Positions 11,278 through 24,631 of a DNA stretch of 64,000 nt are shown one piece after another (positions within the stretch are counted from its first letter, which is position 1; each line of letters opens with the position of its first letter). The notes beneath the pieces are model-generated. The model searched no databases and was not told where the DNA came from. It was given only the letters and a program-made list of their open reading frames with translations. The position numbers and the translations under genes are program-made. This DNA is from Octopus bimaculoides (Eukaryota). Where the stretch lies: contig NC_069003.1 in assembly GCF_001194135.2 (NCBI RefSeq), positions 31,890,968-31,954,967 of the forward strand, written 5' to 3'.

Positions 11278-14164
11278 TATATACACATACACACACACAT
11301 GCATATACACATATGACAGGCTTCTTTCAGTTTCTGTCTACCAAATCCATTCTGAAGGCTTTGGTTGTCCCTGGTCTATAGTAGAAGACACTTGCCCAAG
11401 GTGCCATGCAGTGGAACTGAACCCAGAATCATGTGATTGGAAAGCAAACTTCCTACTACACAGCCATGCTTACATCTATACAGATTGTAAATTTTTCTTA
11501 ACTAGAATTAGCTGTTTCTATCTATGTAACTTGAAGCAGCAGATGTCCAAAATATAAAGAAGACTTATCGATTGCCTCTCCCTTGACTTGTGTTGTCATT
11601 TATTAATATGAGTGGAAACCTCTGTACTAATCAATAACAACTAAGAACTAAAAAATTGTACATCAGAGGCACTTCAAATATACACCAAAGTTTCACTCTG
11701 GCTTCATTCCAACAGGGATTGGAATGACTCTATGTAGTAACCCAAAATGCTAGAAATAGCAGCTAAAGAACTTTATCGAATTACACTCTATCATCTTGTA
11801 ACTGAAAGGATTTGTGGAATAATGTCTTTATCATCATCATCATCATCATCATCGTTTAAGGTCCGTTTTCCATGCTGGCATGGGTTGGACGGTTCAACTG
11901 AGGTCTGAGAAGACAGGAGGCTGCACCAGGCCCCAATCTGATCTGGCAGTGTTTCTACAGCTGGATGCCCGTCCTAAAGCCAACCACTCCGAGAGTGTAG
12001 TGGGTGCTTTTTACGTGCCACTGGCACAGGGGCCAGAGGAGCTGGCATCGACCACGATCGGATGGTGCTTTTTATGTGCCACCAGCACAGAAGCCAGTCA
12101 AAGCGGCACTGGCATCGACCACGTTTCCAGTTTTCTAATAAAAACATGGAGAAGATATTACCGTACCTGTAAACAGGTAAGGGTTGACGATAGGAAGAGC
12201 ATCCAGTCACAGAAAATTTGCTTCAACAAATTCCATTTGACCCATGAAAGCATGGAAAAGAGGACATTAAAAGAATGGTTTTAAAATTTGGCACAAGGCC
12301 AGCAATTTCGGGGGAGATGGGTAAGTCAATTACATTGACCCCAGTGGATGAAGGGCAGAATAGAACCTGACAGAATTTGAACTCAGAACATAAAAACAGA
12401 TGAAATGCCACTAAGCATTTTGCCCAGCATGCTAATAGTTCTGCCAGCTCTCTGCTTTAGTGGACATAGTATTGATGACAAAAATGATGACGACAACAAT
12501 GATGATGATGATAAAGATGATGACAATGACTAAAAATGATGATGTGACGATAATTGTGTTGATGATAACATAGTAAATAAATGCTTCACTTCATTAACAT
12601 CCACTGTTAGACATAAAGGATCTGAGTTCAAATCCAATCTGCTACAATGCACACATTTATGAATAAGATAAACTGGTGACAACCGGAGATGAAACCAACT
12701 GAATTGTAATATATATATATATGAAAGATATTGTAAAAACTTTTCATCTCTAAAAAAGAAGATCAATAAAAAAAATAAATAAATAAAAAAAACCCACCAA
12801 ACAGAGAATCTATAATCTTATTAAAGATTATTACTGAATAAACAACACATATCTGTCTTAAAACTGCTTATAACAGTGGCAGCAGCTGATTTTTTCCATT
12901 TCTATGAAAACGGTGCCTATCTTGGCATCCGATAAAAAAAGATAGATTCAGTTATGAATATGTGTATGTAACATAAGGAGCGGAGATGGGGAGACAGGAA
13001 AGACTCTGTCTTTTTCCTAAACACATTGTTTGGCTGAAGCCTGCTGAATTGGAAAGATATCAATTTATATACAACTTGTCTTGACTGTCTGTCACCCTAA
13101 GTAAAAACTCGGCAAACTGAAAAAACATTCTAAAGATGTTTCCATCATCAATTGAAGAAATAGTGACTATGTTTATATATCTTTAATAGCTATTTTTGGC
13201 AAATACCTATATAGAAATATACACAAACACATCGTGCACAAAGATATTTTTCTGTAAGACCTTTTACATGGTTACTTGACCTGCTGGCAATAGCAGCCAA
13301 ATCCCTTTCAGATCACACTCTACCATCTTCACCATTTAGCATTTAAAACTGGCCAGATCCAGCCTCTCATCCCTACACTACAATGTCATTCTAAATGTAA
13401 ACAATCATTTCCATTGAAATCTCAAAGCTATGAGATAATGCATGATTAATTGAAAACCAGTAGTGGTTGGGTGAGTTGGGAAGCAGGTCTCCATTTGTTT
13501 TTTTTCTCTTCTTTTTTCCCTTTACAGAGTTACCTCCATAAAGCACATTCTATTTGAGAAAGGAGGTATTCGGTTTTTGGATGTTGTTTACTTTTGGTGG
13601 CAGCCATAAGACCGGTACTGATGTTGCAAAACAAACAGACATTAAAAGACATTGAAATGGAATGGTTTTTTTTTCCTTTTTCATGTCTGTTGACAATAAA
13701 CTTCCAGCAATTCATAACAAAACTATTGGTTGAAGATGTTTTATGTCAAATAGTTACCTTGTAAGTTGAAACTTATTCTTTTTTACATTTAACATCTCCC
13801 GCCAATACCACTATTCCTTCTCTCTTCAGTTATTCACTTTGTTTTAGCTGTTATGGTAAAGACAATACTGTAGCACTGCCTTCATTCACTATTGTTCACA
13901 AAATTCATGATGATGATCATCATCATTTTAACATCCTGTTTTCCATGCTTGTATGGATTGGNNNNNNNNNNNNNNNNNNNNNNNNNNNNNNNNNNNNNNN
14001 NNNNNNNNNNNNNNNNNNNNNNNNNNNNNNNNNNNNNNNNNNNNNNNNNNNNNNNNNNNNNNNNNNNNNNNNNNNNNNNNNNNNNNNNNNNNNNNNNNNN
14101 NNNNNNNNNNNNNNNNNNNNNNNNNNNNNNNNNNNNNNNNNNNNNNNNNNNNNNNNNNNNNNNN

Positions 14165-14228
<64 letters not shown>

Positions 14229-15226
14229 TGATATATGTATTTCGAGCGTTGGTTTCCTTTTGAGTGCTGGGCCTCACGGAGACAATAACCAAGACCTTTA
14301 GCATTATGTTGTGCTTGAGAAGAAGACCCATCAAGCCAAGCAAAATCACAGTCATGGCAGATGCCAGTGTTGTACCAGTGGCACATAAAAGCACTCATTA
14401 CACTCTTGGAGTGGTTGGCATTAGGAAGGGCATCCAGCCATAGAAAACCATGCCAAATCAGACTGGGGTCTGGTGCAGCCTTCCAGCGCTGCCAGCCCAG
14501 TCAATCCATCTAACCCATGCACGCATGGACAATGGACATTAAATGATGATGCTGATGATGATGATATACACACATAAAGGACTTCTTTCAGTTTTCATCT
14601 ACCAAATCTGCTCACAAGCCTTTGGTTGGTCTTGAGAGTATAGTAGAAGACACTTGCCCAAGGTTTCATGCCATAGAACTAAACCAAGAACCAAGTGGTT
14701 GGGAAACAAGCTTCTTATCACACAGCCACACCTGCACATGATATAAAATAAAGATAAAAAAGAATAAACCTTTCTGAGATATATTTGAAAGACATTAATG
14801 ACCTGTAGGGACACTATATTTTGTTATGCAACCGTAATATAATACAAAGTATATTAAAGGCTTTTATAAGTCAATACTACATTGAAATGTTAAAGTAGTG
14901 CTGTTACATCACTTGCTAAGGTTAGGTAATATACAGTTATATACAAAAAAAAAAGACAGTGGATGATAGAATAAGATGACAAGCAAGCAAGTTGCCATAC
15001 AGATTTTAACTTCATCCACCAATGAATGACATCAAGGCACCGTTGATTGTTATTCAGTATTTGTTCCTACTGACATGAGCAACACATGCAGTATTTAGTA
15101 GTATTATGTTAGAACGAAGACAGGTATCAGAAAATAGAAATATTGGTATATTACCAACAATGTTGAACCCCTGACATCCTGTAAATAATAGGTTATTTCT
15201 TTTTATGTATAATAATGGAATTGTTG

Positions 15227-15260
<34 letters not shown>

Positions 15261-16241
15261 NNNNNNNNNNNNNNNNNNNNNNNNNNNNNNNNNNNNNNNN
15301 NNNNNNNNNNNNNNNNNNNNNNNNNNNNNNNNNNNNNNNNNNNNNNNNNNNNNNNNNNNNNNNNNNNNNNNNNNNNNNNNNNNNNNNNNNNNNNNNNNNN
15401 NNNNNNNNNNNNNNNNNNNNNNNNNNNNNNNNNNNNNNNNNNNNNNNNNNNNNNNNNNNNNNNNNNNNNNNNNNNNNNNNNNNNNNNNNNNNNNNNNNNN
15501 NNNNNNNNNNNNNNNNNNNNNNNNNNNNNNNNNNNNNNNNNNNNNNNNNNNNNNNNNNNNNNNNNNNNNNNNNNNNNNNNNNNNNNNNNNNNNNNNNNNN
15601 NNNNNNNNNNNNNNNNNNNNNNNNNNNNNNNNNNNNNNNNNNNNNNNNNNNNNNNNNNNNNNNNNNNNNNNNNNNNNNNNNNNNNNNNNNNNNNNNNNNN
15701 NNNNNNNNNNNNNNNNNNNNNNNNNNNNNNNNNNNNNNNNNNNNNNNNNNNNNNNNNNNNNNNNNNNNNNNNNNNNNNNNNNNNNNNNNNNNNNNNNNNN
15801 NNNNNNNNNNNNNNNNNNNNNNNNNNNNNNNNNNNNNNNNNNNNNNNNNNNNNNNNNNNNNNNNNNNNNNNNNNNNNNNNNNNNNNNNNNNNNNNNNNNN
15901 NNNNNNNNNNNNNNNNNNNNNNNNNNNNNNNNNNNNNNNNNNNNNNNNNNNNNNNNNNNNNNNNNNNNNNNNNNNNNNNNNNNNNNNNNNNNNNNNNNNN
16001 NTATATATATATGTATGTATATGTATATACAGATATATACACACACACACACACACATAATGATTGCAGCATGGATAAACACATATTAGCCATTCAAAAA
16101 CACACAAACGTTGCTAACTTCACTTAAACATTTATTACTTGGTGTCAAAATTTTTATCATATGAACTGCGACATCGCCACTGATAATGTTACACCGGATG
16201 TAATCAGTGCAACAAAAATTTTGACAGCAAATAATAAGTGC

Positions 16242-16467
16242 TTAACCCTTTTGTTACTGTATTTATTTTGACATACTCTGTGTTTCTTTCAATTAATTTT
16301 TAATGTAACAAAGAATTTAGTAAAATAACTTAGTTATCATTAAGCTAGTGATAGGGACATAAATTGTGACTAAGGTTTGGTGGAAGATTTTAATTCAAAA
16401 CTTATGGAAACAAAATATTTGTACTACAGAGCCAGAGACAGTTTCAGCCGGGTTGGTATCGAAAGGG
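16242..16467. mobile_element. TTAA-flanked (piggyBac-type) MITE, family F
   Basis: TTAACCCTTT...GAAAGGG termini. Further copies at 19936-20151, 20174-20404 (tandem pair) and 34751-34968 (inverted), ending AAAGGGTTAA. Confidence 0.75.
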
Positions 16468-18536
16468 CAAAGTGAAATCAATAGCTTTTGTGTGTGTTTG
16501 AATGATTAACATGTATCATCCACATTGCAATTATTTTAGTTTCAACACACGGTCTCAGATCAAATCACTTACCTGATAAGCACACCTCCAAAATACATAC
16601 ATACATCATCATCATCGTTTAACGTCCGCTTTCCATGCTGGCATGGGTTGGACGATTTGACTGAGGACTGGTGAAACCGGATGGCAACACCAGGCTCCAA
16701 TCTGATTTGGCAGAGTTTCTACAGCTGGATGCCCTTCCTAACGCCAACCACTCAGAGTGTAGTGGGTGCTTTTACGTGTCACCCGCACGAAGGCCAGTCA
16801 GGCGGTACTGGCAACAGCCACGCTCAAAATGGTGTATTTTATGTGCCACCCGCACAAGAGCCAGTCCAGGGGCACTGGCAACGATCTCGCTCGACATACG
16901 TATGTGTGTGTATGTATGTGTATGTGTTGTAAATTTGTTATTCATAACTCTTTTGAGGGCATTAGTAATATATGGGGAACTGTTTCTGAAGACTTTTACA
17001 TCCACAGAATATCAGCCCACCCTACCTTATGTTTACTTTGTAGTAAAAGCACGTGGGGATAATTTCTAGTGAAGTCAGAAATTCTAACTGCTAGCAAATA
17101 GTCTGAGTTAAATATTTTAAGAGTTACTACTCAAGACTTTGGGTTAATAATTTTAAAAATCTCATTTGAGGTTTGGACTAGAAATATTACATTAACAAAC
17201 CTTTTATCTGGCTTCCAGAAATCCTGGAATACTGAGCAATACCAAGCAATATACTGTACCTTTATTGAGTAAACAAACCTTTTTTTTTTGAAGTTCATTA
17301 ATTTGCATATGCTGTGTCAAAAATACTTTACCTTTTAGATGGGTTGATAAAAATTAAACATACTCTGCTTAGAAGTATTTTAAGTTGTACCTGTATCTAT
17401 TAAATAGAATCATACTCTTTACTTTTCTTCGTCTAATTTTCACTCTATAAACATTGAACTGTATATATGGCACAGTATGATTATATGTCAAGAATGTTAA
17501 GTGGATTAATAACTATCAAACAGGACTTGCTTCAGAATTGTATTAATTTGAATCTGCCATATACAATTTAGTTCTTTACTTTTCATAGCTTATTTTAAGT
17601 ACATATTTAGGCTGTCTCCAGAAAACTGGAAAATCCAGATATCTAGGTTACTGCTGGTCAGTAAACTTGCTAGATAAGTGATCTGGTACTGTACCAGAAC
17701 AAAGGCTGAAGATAAGTTGTTCTATTCCTTCATCATTCAGAAAGTATAAAGGACTCTTGTTTTTGTTCACAAAATATATCTGTGGACTCAGTCTCAGGTA
17801 TGGCTATAGGATTAAGCTCAAAAAATAGTGACAAATGAAGAGACTCTGTACTGCAACACACTCATTCAATGCATGCTTACATGATGAAACATGTGTAAAA
17901 GAATAATAATAATGATGAAGTGTATGTGTACAGCAGCAAAAGATATAATCATTGATGAGAAATTACTGATACATCAGTACAGTGAAACAATAGTACCTTG
18001 TGGAATTTATTCTACCTGAAATGCAGTGAAACAACTAGTTATAGGACCATTCGAAAAGCTATGACCAATGAAACTTGTCTTTAGTTCTTTACTTTGTTTT
18101 AACCATCACTGCTAAGACCATACTACAGCACTACCTTCATTTGGTATTGTTAAAAAAAAAAAAGATATATGATATAAAGTAAAAATAAAATAAACCATGC
18201 TGAGATATTTATGAGAGACAGTGAAAGATGGAATAAGAATAAGAATAATATGGAGAACAAGCAACTTGCCAGAAAGTACTTAGCCTCGACCATTGAAGAT
18301 TTTTACTCAGTACTCTGTTTCATTGAGTCCTGCCTTCCTTGACAACACATGCAGAAATTATCAGTATTATGTGAAAGAAAGAATAGAGAGAGGGGGAGAA
18401 GAGGGAGAGAGGGGGGAGAAAAAGAGAGAGAGAGGGATTAGAAAGACAAATATTTGTATATTACCAATGATGAAGCTCTGAATTCCTGTAATAATAGTTT
18501 GTAATAACATTAGAACTGTTCATATATATTATGTGT

Positions 18537-18573
<37 letters not shown>

Positions 18574-18652
18574 TAATAATATCAAGGGTAATAAATATTA
18601 GAAATTTCTACTACCAGTGGCCTTGAGTGTAAAAATTTAGTCATACATATGG

Positions 18653-18700
<48 letters not shown>

Positions 18701-19935
18701 TTATATACATATATGTATACATACATATATATATATATCAGTGAAAGATGTAAACTTCAGTGATAAAGTAAAGAAAATGATGCTTTGAAAGTAAGGTAGC
18801 TTGTGAGGTGCTTATTCCACCAAAGTTACACAGAATATCCCTTGTCACTCTAACCAATGAAAAAAAAACAGTGAACCTGTGATTAACTTATTGGAAACCT
18901 GTAACCATTGATGCTACTATTGACAAAATGTGATATAAAATTAATAAAGAAAGTAATTTGGGGGATCCCTACTCCAAAAGTGAACAAATTTTCTTTCACA
19001 TTAAGGGACATTATTAAATCAATGTCGATGTTTGGTTAAAGTTTTCTGGTGGCTACATATTGGTTTGTGTATAAAGAAATCCTTGAGCAATTCTCAGAAA
19101 CCTTCTTCAAAAACAGAGTGCTCAGCAGATAACTGACTAATATTCTGAAATCTGCAGTCCAGGAAATACCTAATTCATGTGAAAAATTTCACACTTGTTT
19201 CTGTGATGACTTAGCTCTTCCCCAACCCACCACACACAAACACATGTGAACACACACACAGACATTCAAAGCTATAGAGAGGAAACATTTAAAAAATTAT
19301 GCAGAAGACAACAATGCTTTGATTATTACAGAAATAGACAATGAAGCATCAAAAAATATCTTTACTAAATTTTAAAGTTAAATCTGAAAGTTTTTTAATG
19401 TTTTATATTAGTCACGGACAAGCTGCAGCCCATGGGACTTCCTGAATGGTATGCCTAACGAAAAAATTTAGTAGTGTAGCCCACTTGATGATCACTCATG
19501 TTGCATGCAGCCCACTTCTCAAAAAGCCAAATTTAGAGCAATATTGAAATTGATATGATCATAGGCACAGGTTTGGCTGTGTAATAAGAAGTTTGCTTCC
19601 CAACCACACAGTTCCAGGTTCAGTCCCACTGAGTAGCACCTTGAGCAAGTATCTTCTGCTATTAGCCTTGAGTCAGAAACTGAAAGAAGCCTGTCATATA
19701 TAAATGTTTATTATGGCCAGTGAGAGAATGACCATTGGTTTTGCACCTATAAAGCACTTAGCTGTGTAAGTGACTTGTCAGACTCAAGTGGCCAAAGGCT
19801 CATATATGTGTATGGACCGATTATACTGGAGTCAATTTGTTTGACTAAAATTCTTCAAGGCAGTGACCCAGTATGGCCACAATCTCATGACTGTGAGCTG
19901 GAGCGAACTACTGCTATCTCCAGTGGATGAGTATC

Positions 19936-20404
19936 CACTGTAATTATTTTGAGATGCTCTGTGTTTCTTTCAATTACTTTAAATATAACAAAGAATTTAG
20001 TAAAATAACTTAGTTATCATTAAGCTGGTGTTAGGAACATAAATTGTGACTAAGGTTTGGTGGAAGATTTTAATTCAAATCTTATGAAAACAAGACATTT
20101 GTACTACAAAGCCAGAGCCAGTTTCAGCTGGGTTGGTAATAAAAGGGTTAATGTGGTACCAGCACAAGTACTTTTAGCCCTTTTGTTACCATATTTCTGT
20201 TGTGATGCTCTGTGTTTCTTTCAATAAATTTGAAATATAACAAAGAATTTAGTAAAATAACTTAGTTGTCATTAAGCTAGTGTTAGGAACATAAATTGTG
20301 ATTAAGGTTTGGTGGAAGATTTTAATTCAGAACTTATGAAAACAAGACATCTATAATACAGAGCCAGAGACGGTTTCAGTCAGGTTGTTAACGAAAGGGG
20401 TTAA
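19936..20404. mobile_element. Two head-to-tail family F MITE copies
   Basis: Both match 16242-16467 and each ends in AAGGG(G)TTAA. Confidence 0.75.
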
Positions 20405-21242
20405 ACCCACAGGTCTGTTAACAGTTTAGAATATAGATTATCCGGTGGTTTAACCAGACAGCTTAATTTCACAGCAAGACTTTAATATATATTCATCAAG
20501 CATTAGACATGACACGGTATACACAGTTATATCTATTAATTACACAATTACTTAATCAAATGTAATCCACAAACAAATCAGCTATCTCTGTTCTTTAAAG
20601 ATAAAAAGCCATGATTACTTAAAAAACGGAGAACATGGGTGAGGACATGGAAGAAGATGCAACTGATGAAATAAGTGAAGAAATGAATGCAAGAAAATAA
20701 TTTCTTTAATAAATGTAAGATAATGGTAATCAGCAGCAGGTGTTGTAAAGATAATGAAAAAAAAAACGCAAACAATCTTTGAACGAGATAATTAACATGA
20801 AGTGGATAGAACTAATGGAAGAATACTAACGACATGAAAAAAATACGGGTAAGTTTATAATGCAATGCAAACTATTTTCTATGTAATCCACACTAAATAG
20901 AATGCCGATAGAGATAACGATGATAATTAGAAAGATATTAATGGTAGCAGTGTTATTGGTAGTTTTTTTTTTTGTTTTTGTTTTTGTTTTTGTTTTTTGT
21001 TTGATATTTTTTAATTAGGTCAAAATTAAACAAATAAACAAACATGGACTGTGTAAGCTGTAGAGAGAAAAAATATATACAGAACAATACAAACAAAAGA
21101 AATAATAATGATAATAATTAAATGAATTAGACGATAAACTAAAACCTTAGCCAGTTTTTCTCCTCTTTCTTTCATATATATATATATACACACACACATT
21201 TGTATACATGTATGTATGTATGTTTATGTATATATCTGTGTG

Positions 21243-21299
<57 letters not shown>

Positions 21300-21317
21300 N
21301 NNNNNNNNNNNNNNNNN

Positions 21318-21640
21318 GGTTGAGGAGGGTATTGGATTTAACCAAACCCAGGAGGATATCAACTTTCGCTACAACATAAATTTCCGGATTATCCACACAA
21401 GGATTACTTTGCACGGATTTCTACATGGATATTCACCACTGGAATGAAACTACACTTCAAGTACTGTTCTCTCTTTTTTCAGCACATCACACTCTTTACC
21501 ACTTCATACTAAAAATATCCACCTATGGATATAATAATAGATTACTTTATTTTTTCTGTCTCCGATGAAGGGAAGTACTGGATCTTCCCAGAAACAGCTG
21601 TAAGACTCTATCCATAAAATACTTCTCCAACCTTACCTTT
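21318..21640 (+). mobile_element. Penelope-like pLTR remnant
   Basis: Contains the 21558 hammerhead motif and is flanked by (TA)n tracts. PLE assignment is inferred from the ribozyme. Confidence 0.45.
21558..21606 (+). ncRNA. Minimal type-I hammerhead-like motif with core U4C variant (PLE pLTR)
   Basis: GTCT-CCGATGA-A-GGGAAG(TACTGGAT)CTTCCC-A-GAAA-CAGCTG-TA-AGAC. Perfect 4-bp stem I, 6-bp stem II, palindromic stem III ACAGCTGT, GUA triplet. Confidence 0.65.
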
Positions 21641-21670
21641 GCTCTCTTTATCTTTTTGTTTTTATATATT

Positions 21671-21707
<37 letters not shown>

Positions 21708-21801
21708 ACACACCCAAACACACACACACATATACATACACAAATCTATACATGTATATTAATCATAATAGTATACAGTATTACAGATCCGTTTCAGCTG
21801 A

Positions 21802-21862
21802 TCTTACCAATCTGTTTCATACAGATAGTTAGTTGATTACCTAACACTGCACTCATCAGAGC
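21802..21862 (-). ncRNA. Hammerhead-like motif with long stem II, sense to the host gene
   Basis: Minus strand GCT-CTGATGA-GTGCAG-T-GTTAG(GTAATCAA)CTAAC-TAT-CTGTAT-GAAA-CAGATTGG-TA-AG. Canonical core and GUA triplet; stem I has only 2 bp. Confidence 0.35.
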
Positions 21863-22482
21863 GGCCATTCAGACTGGAGGTCAGCAAGTGTCACATCTAG
21901 TTAATATTTGTAGAATGAGTAACACTGGATAACAACCCAAAGTAACGGTGCTGCTTGAAGCCACAAAAGCATTATCAAAGTAGAAATCTAAGAAAGGTTC
22001 CATACAATAAAAAAAGTATGACAACACCTTTCTCTTTATATAACATCAACGTCTTTCTCTTCCCTTATAACCATGTGAGAAGAATTCTCTTTTTAAGCAA
22101 TAATATCTTATTCTTTATGTGATAACAGCATTTCACTTTATGTCATACTCACAGTGCTAAGTATGTGATAATAGCATTCCACTTTGTGTGAGACTACACA
22201 GCTTTCTTTTGTTAAGATCAACAGATGTCTTAAGGAGTGAGCTGGCAGAATCATTAACACACTGGGCAAAATGCTTAGTGGCGTTCTGTCCAGCCTTACA
22301 TTCTGAGTTCAAATTCCGCCAAGGTCAACTTTGCCTTTCATCCTTTCAAGGTCAATAAAATGAATACCAGTTGAACACTGGAATTGGTATAATCAACTTA
22401 ATCCTTCCCCTAAAATTGCTGGCCTTGTGCCAAAATTTGAAATCAATATTAACAGATGTCTTAAAAGCCATTAAACTATTAC

Positions 22483-22609
22483 CTGTCTCACTGGGTCCTT
22501 GTTAGCCCTTGTTTCGCTATATGTTCTCCTTTTTTTCTGTAATGTCTGAAGCCAGTACATCATATTAACTTTATTTGAAGCATCCAGCGAATAAATCTTT
22601 CCTTCTGAC
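22483..22609 (-). CDS. TBC1D2B: Internal coding exon (127 nt) of a TBC1D2/TBC1D2B-like Rab-GAP; C-terminal end of the PH domain
   Basis: Minus-strand acceptor tttctctaatttctttgcag|G and donor CAG|gtaata. Translates (1 nt + 42 codons) as SEGKIYSLDASNKVNMMYWLQTLQKKRRTYSETRANKDPVRQ. This matches the PH-terminal helix of TBC1D2/2B as I recall it (human TBC1D2B LKAPNRQLMTYWLQELQQKR). Too short for the ORF track. The symbol rests on recalled similarity; 2 vs 2B cannot be resolved. Confidence 0.8.
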
Positions 22610-22785
22610 CTGCAAAGAAATTAGAGAAAAACACTTTTAAAGAATTTTATAACATATTTAAAATACACACACATACATATAAAAACATAAATAAAGAAAA
22701 TGCATTACCAACAATTTAAATCAACCACTGATAATGAATATTTATTCTGTATGGTTTTTCTTATATACTCTGTAATTAAAACAGT

Positions 22786-23135
22786 TGGAGGCGCAATGGC
22801 CCAGTGGTTAGGGCAGCGGACTCGCGGTCATAGGATCGCAGTTTCGATTCCCAGACCGGCCGTTGTGAGTGTTTATTGAGCGAAAACACCTAAAAGCTCC
22901 ACGAGGCTCCGGCACGGGGATGGTGGTGAACCCTGCTGTACTCTTCCACCACAACTTTCTCTCACTCTTACTTCCTGTTTCTGTTGTGCCTGTAATTCCA
23001 AAGGGCCAGCCTTGTCACTCTGTGTCACGCTGAATATCCCCAAGAACTACATTAAGGGTACACTGGTCTGTGGAGTGCTCAGCCACTTGCACGTTAATTT
23101 CACGAGCAGGCTGTTCCATTGATCGGGTCAAGTGG
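22786..23135 (+). mobile_element. SINE family B (tRNA-Arg-like head)
   Basis: Head GGAGGCGCAATGGCCCAGTGGTTAGGGCAGCGGACTCGCGG...GTTTCGATTCCC (A and B boxes, TCG anticodon-like loop). Body shared with 53440-53705 (+) and 57577-57959 (-). Confidence 0.85.
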
Positions 23136-23139
23136 ACCC

Positions 23140-23277
23140 CCACCCCGATCTTGATCTACCCTTAGGTCCTGTGCTGGTTGCTTTGGATAGAAGAATCCAT
23201 CTTGTGATTCTAGCCTGCGACATTCTAATCAAATGTCCGTAGTACTGGATATGTGATCTCCCAATGCGAAAAAGTAG
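23140..23277 (-). mobile_element. RTE-type LINE ORF2 C-terminal fragment
   Basis: Minus frame LLFRIGRSHIQYYGHLIRMSQARITRWILLSKATSTGPKGRSRSGW fits the RTE/LINE C-terminal pattern LRW.GH..RM...R......GRP...W. Confidence 0.6.
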
Positions 23278-23870
23278 TGTGTAGTTGAAAAATATCGACA
23301 TGTGTTAACATCTCAATAAAAATATGAGATTGCTGAGAATAACAAAAAATTTTAAAATATGAATCTTATAAGCAACAACTCAAACTTGTAGACATTTCGA
23401 AAAGATCATGTTTTCTTTTTATATGAAACACTTACTCTATATATGACACTGAAAAAAACCCCCACTCTCAGAGAATTCCATACTTTATTGACAGCTTCAT
23501 TTACAGTACAAGACCTCTATCACCACCACCACCACCACCACCTTCTCTCTCTCTCTCCTTCTCTCTCCCTCTCTCTATCTCTCCCTCTCTCTCTTCCACA
23601 AGCTCAGGAAATGGTACACGATTCAGTTGTGGGTATAAAAGCAGAATGAAAAAAAAATGGGTGTGTTCATCTATGCGCGTGCGCATGTGTGTGTATGAGT
23701 TTGTGTACAAATACTTAAATATGTGTTTTGCCGTTATTCAATACTAATGGGTCTGCAATCTTTTTCATCCTTCGAGTGCACATACACATATGGGTGCATG
23801 TTTATTTTCCCTGATACACAGATATATCAAGTATCAGTAAACAATATATATATACATATATATATGTATG

Positions 23871-23913
<43 letters not shown>

Positions 23914-24590
23914 NNNNNNNNNNNNNNNNNNNNNNNNNNNNNNNNNNNNNNNNNNNNNNNNNNNNNNNNNNNNNNNNNNNNNNNNNNNNNNNNNNNNNNN
24001 NNNNNNNNNNNNNNNNNNNNNNNNNNNNNNNNNNNNNNNNNNNNNNNNNNNNNNNNNNNNNNNNNNNNNNNNNNNNNNNNNNNNNNNNNNNNNNNNNNNN
24101 NNNNNNNNNNNNNNNNNNNNNNNNNNNNNNNNNNNNNNNNNNNNNNNNNNNNNNNNNNNNNNNNNNNNNNNNNNNNNNNNNNNNNNNNNNNNNNNNNNNN
24201 NNNNNNNNNNNNNNNNNNNNNNNNNNNNNNNNNNNNNNNNNNNNNNNNNNNNNNNNNNNNNNNNNNNNNNNNNNNNNNNNNNNNNNNNNNNNNNNNNNNN
24301 NNNNNNNNNNNNNNNNNNNNNNNNNNNNNNNNNNNNNNNNNNNNNNNNNNNNNNNNNNNNNNNNNNNNNNNNNNNNNNNNNNNNNNNNNNNNNNNNNNNN
24401 NNNNNNNNNTATATATGTATGTATAAGCATAATATAATATAAATACACACACACACACATATAATACATGCAGGCAAGCAGACATATGCACATAGACAGG
24501 CAGACATAGATACATACACTTCTAAAACAGTTAAGTTTTGAAGATACATTTACAATGAAAATTATAAAACAAAAATTGTGTGTGTGTGAG

Positions 24591-24631
<41 letters not shown>

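Noticed and set aside
12890-13200. Coding-looking stretch, possibly a LINE RT relic
   Set aside because: Multiple stops in all frames and no motif I can identify with confidence.
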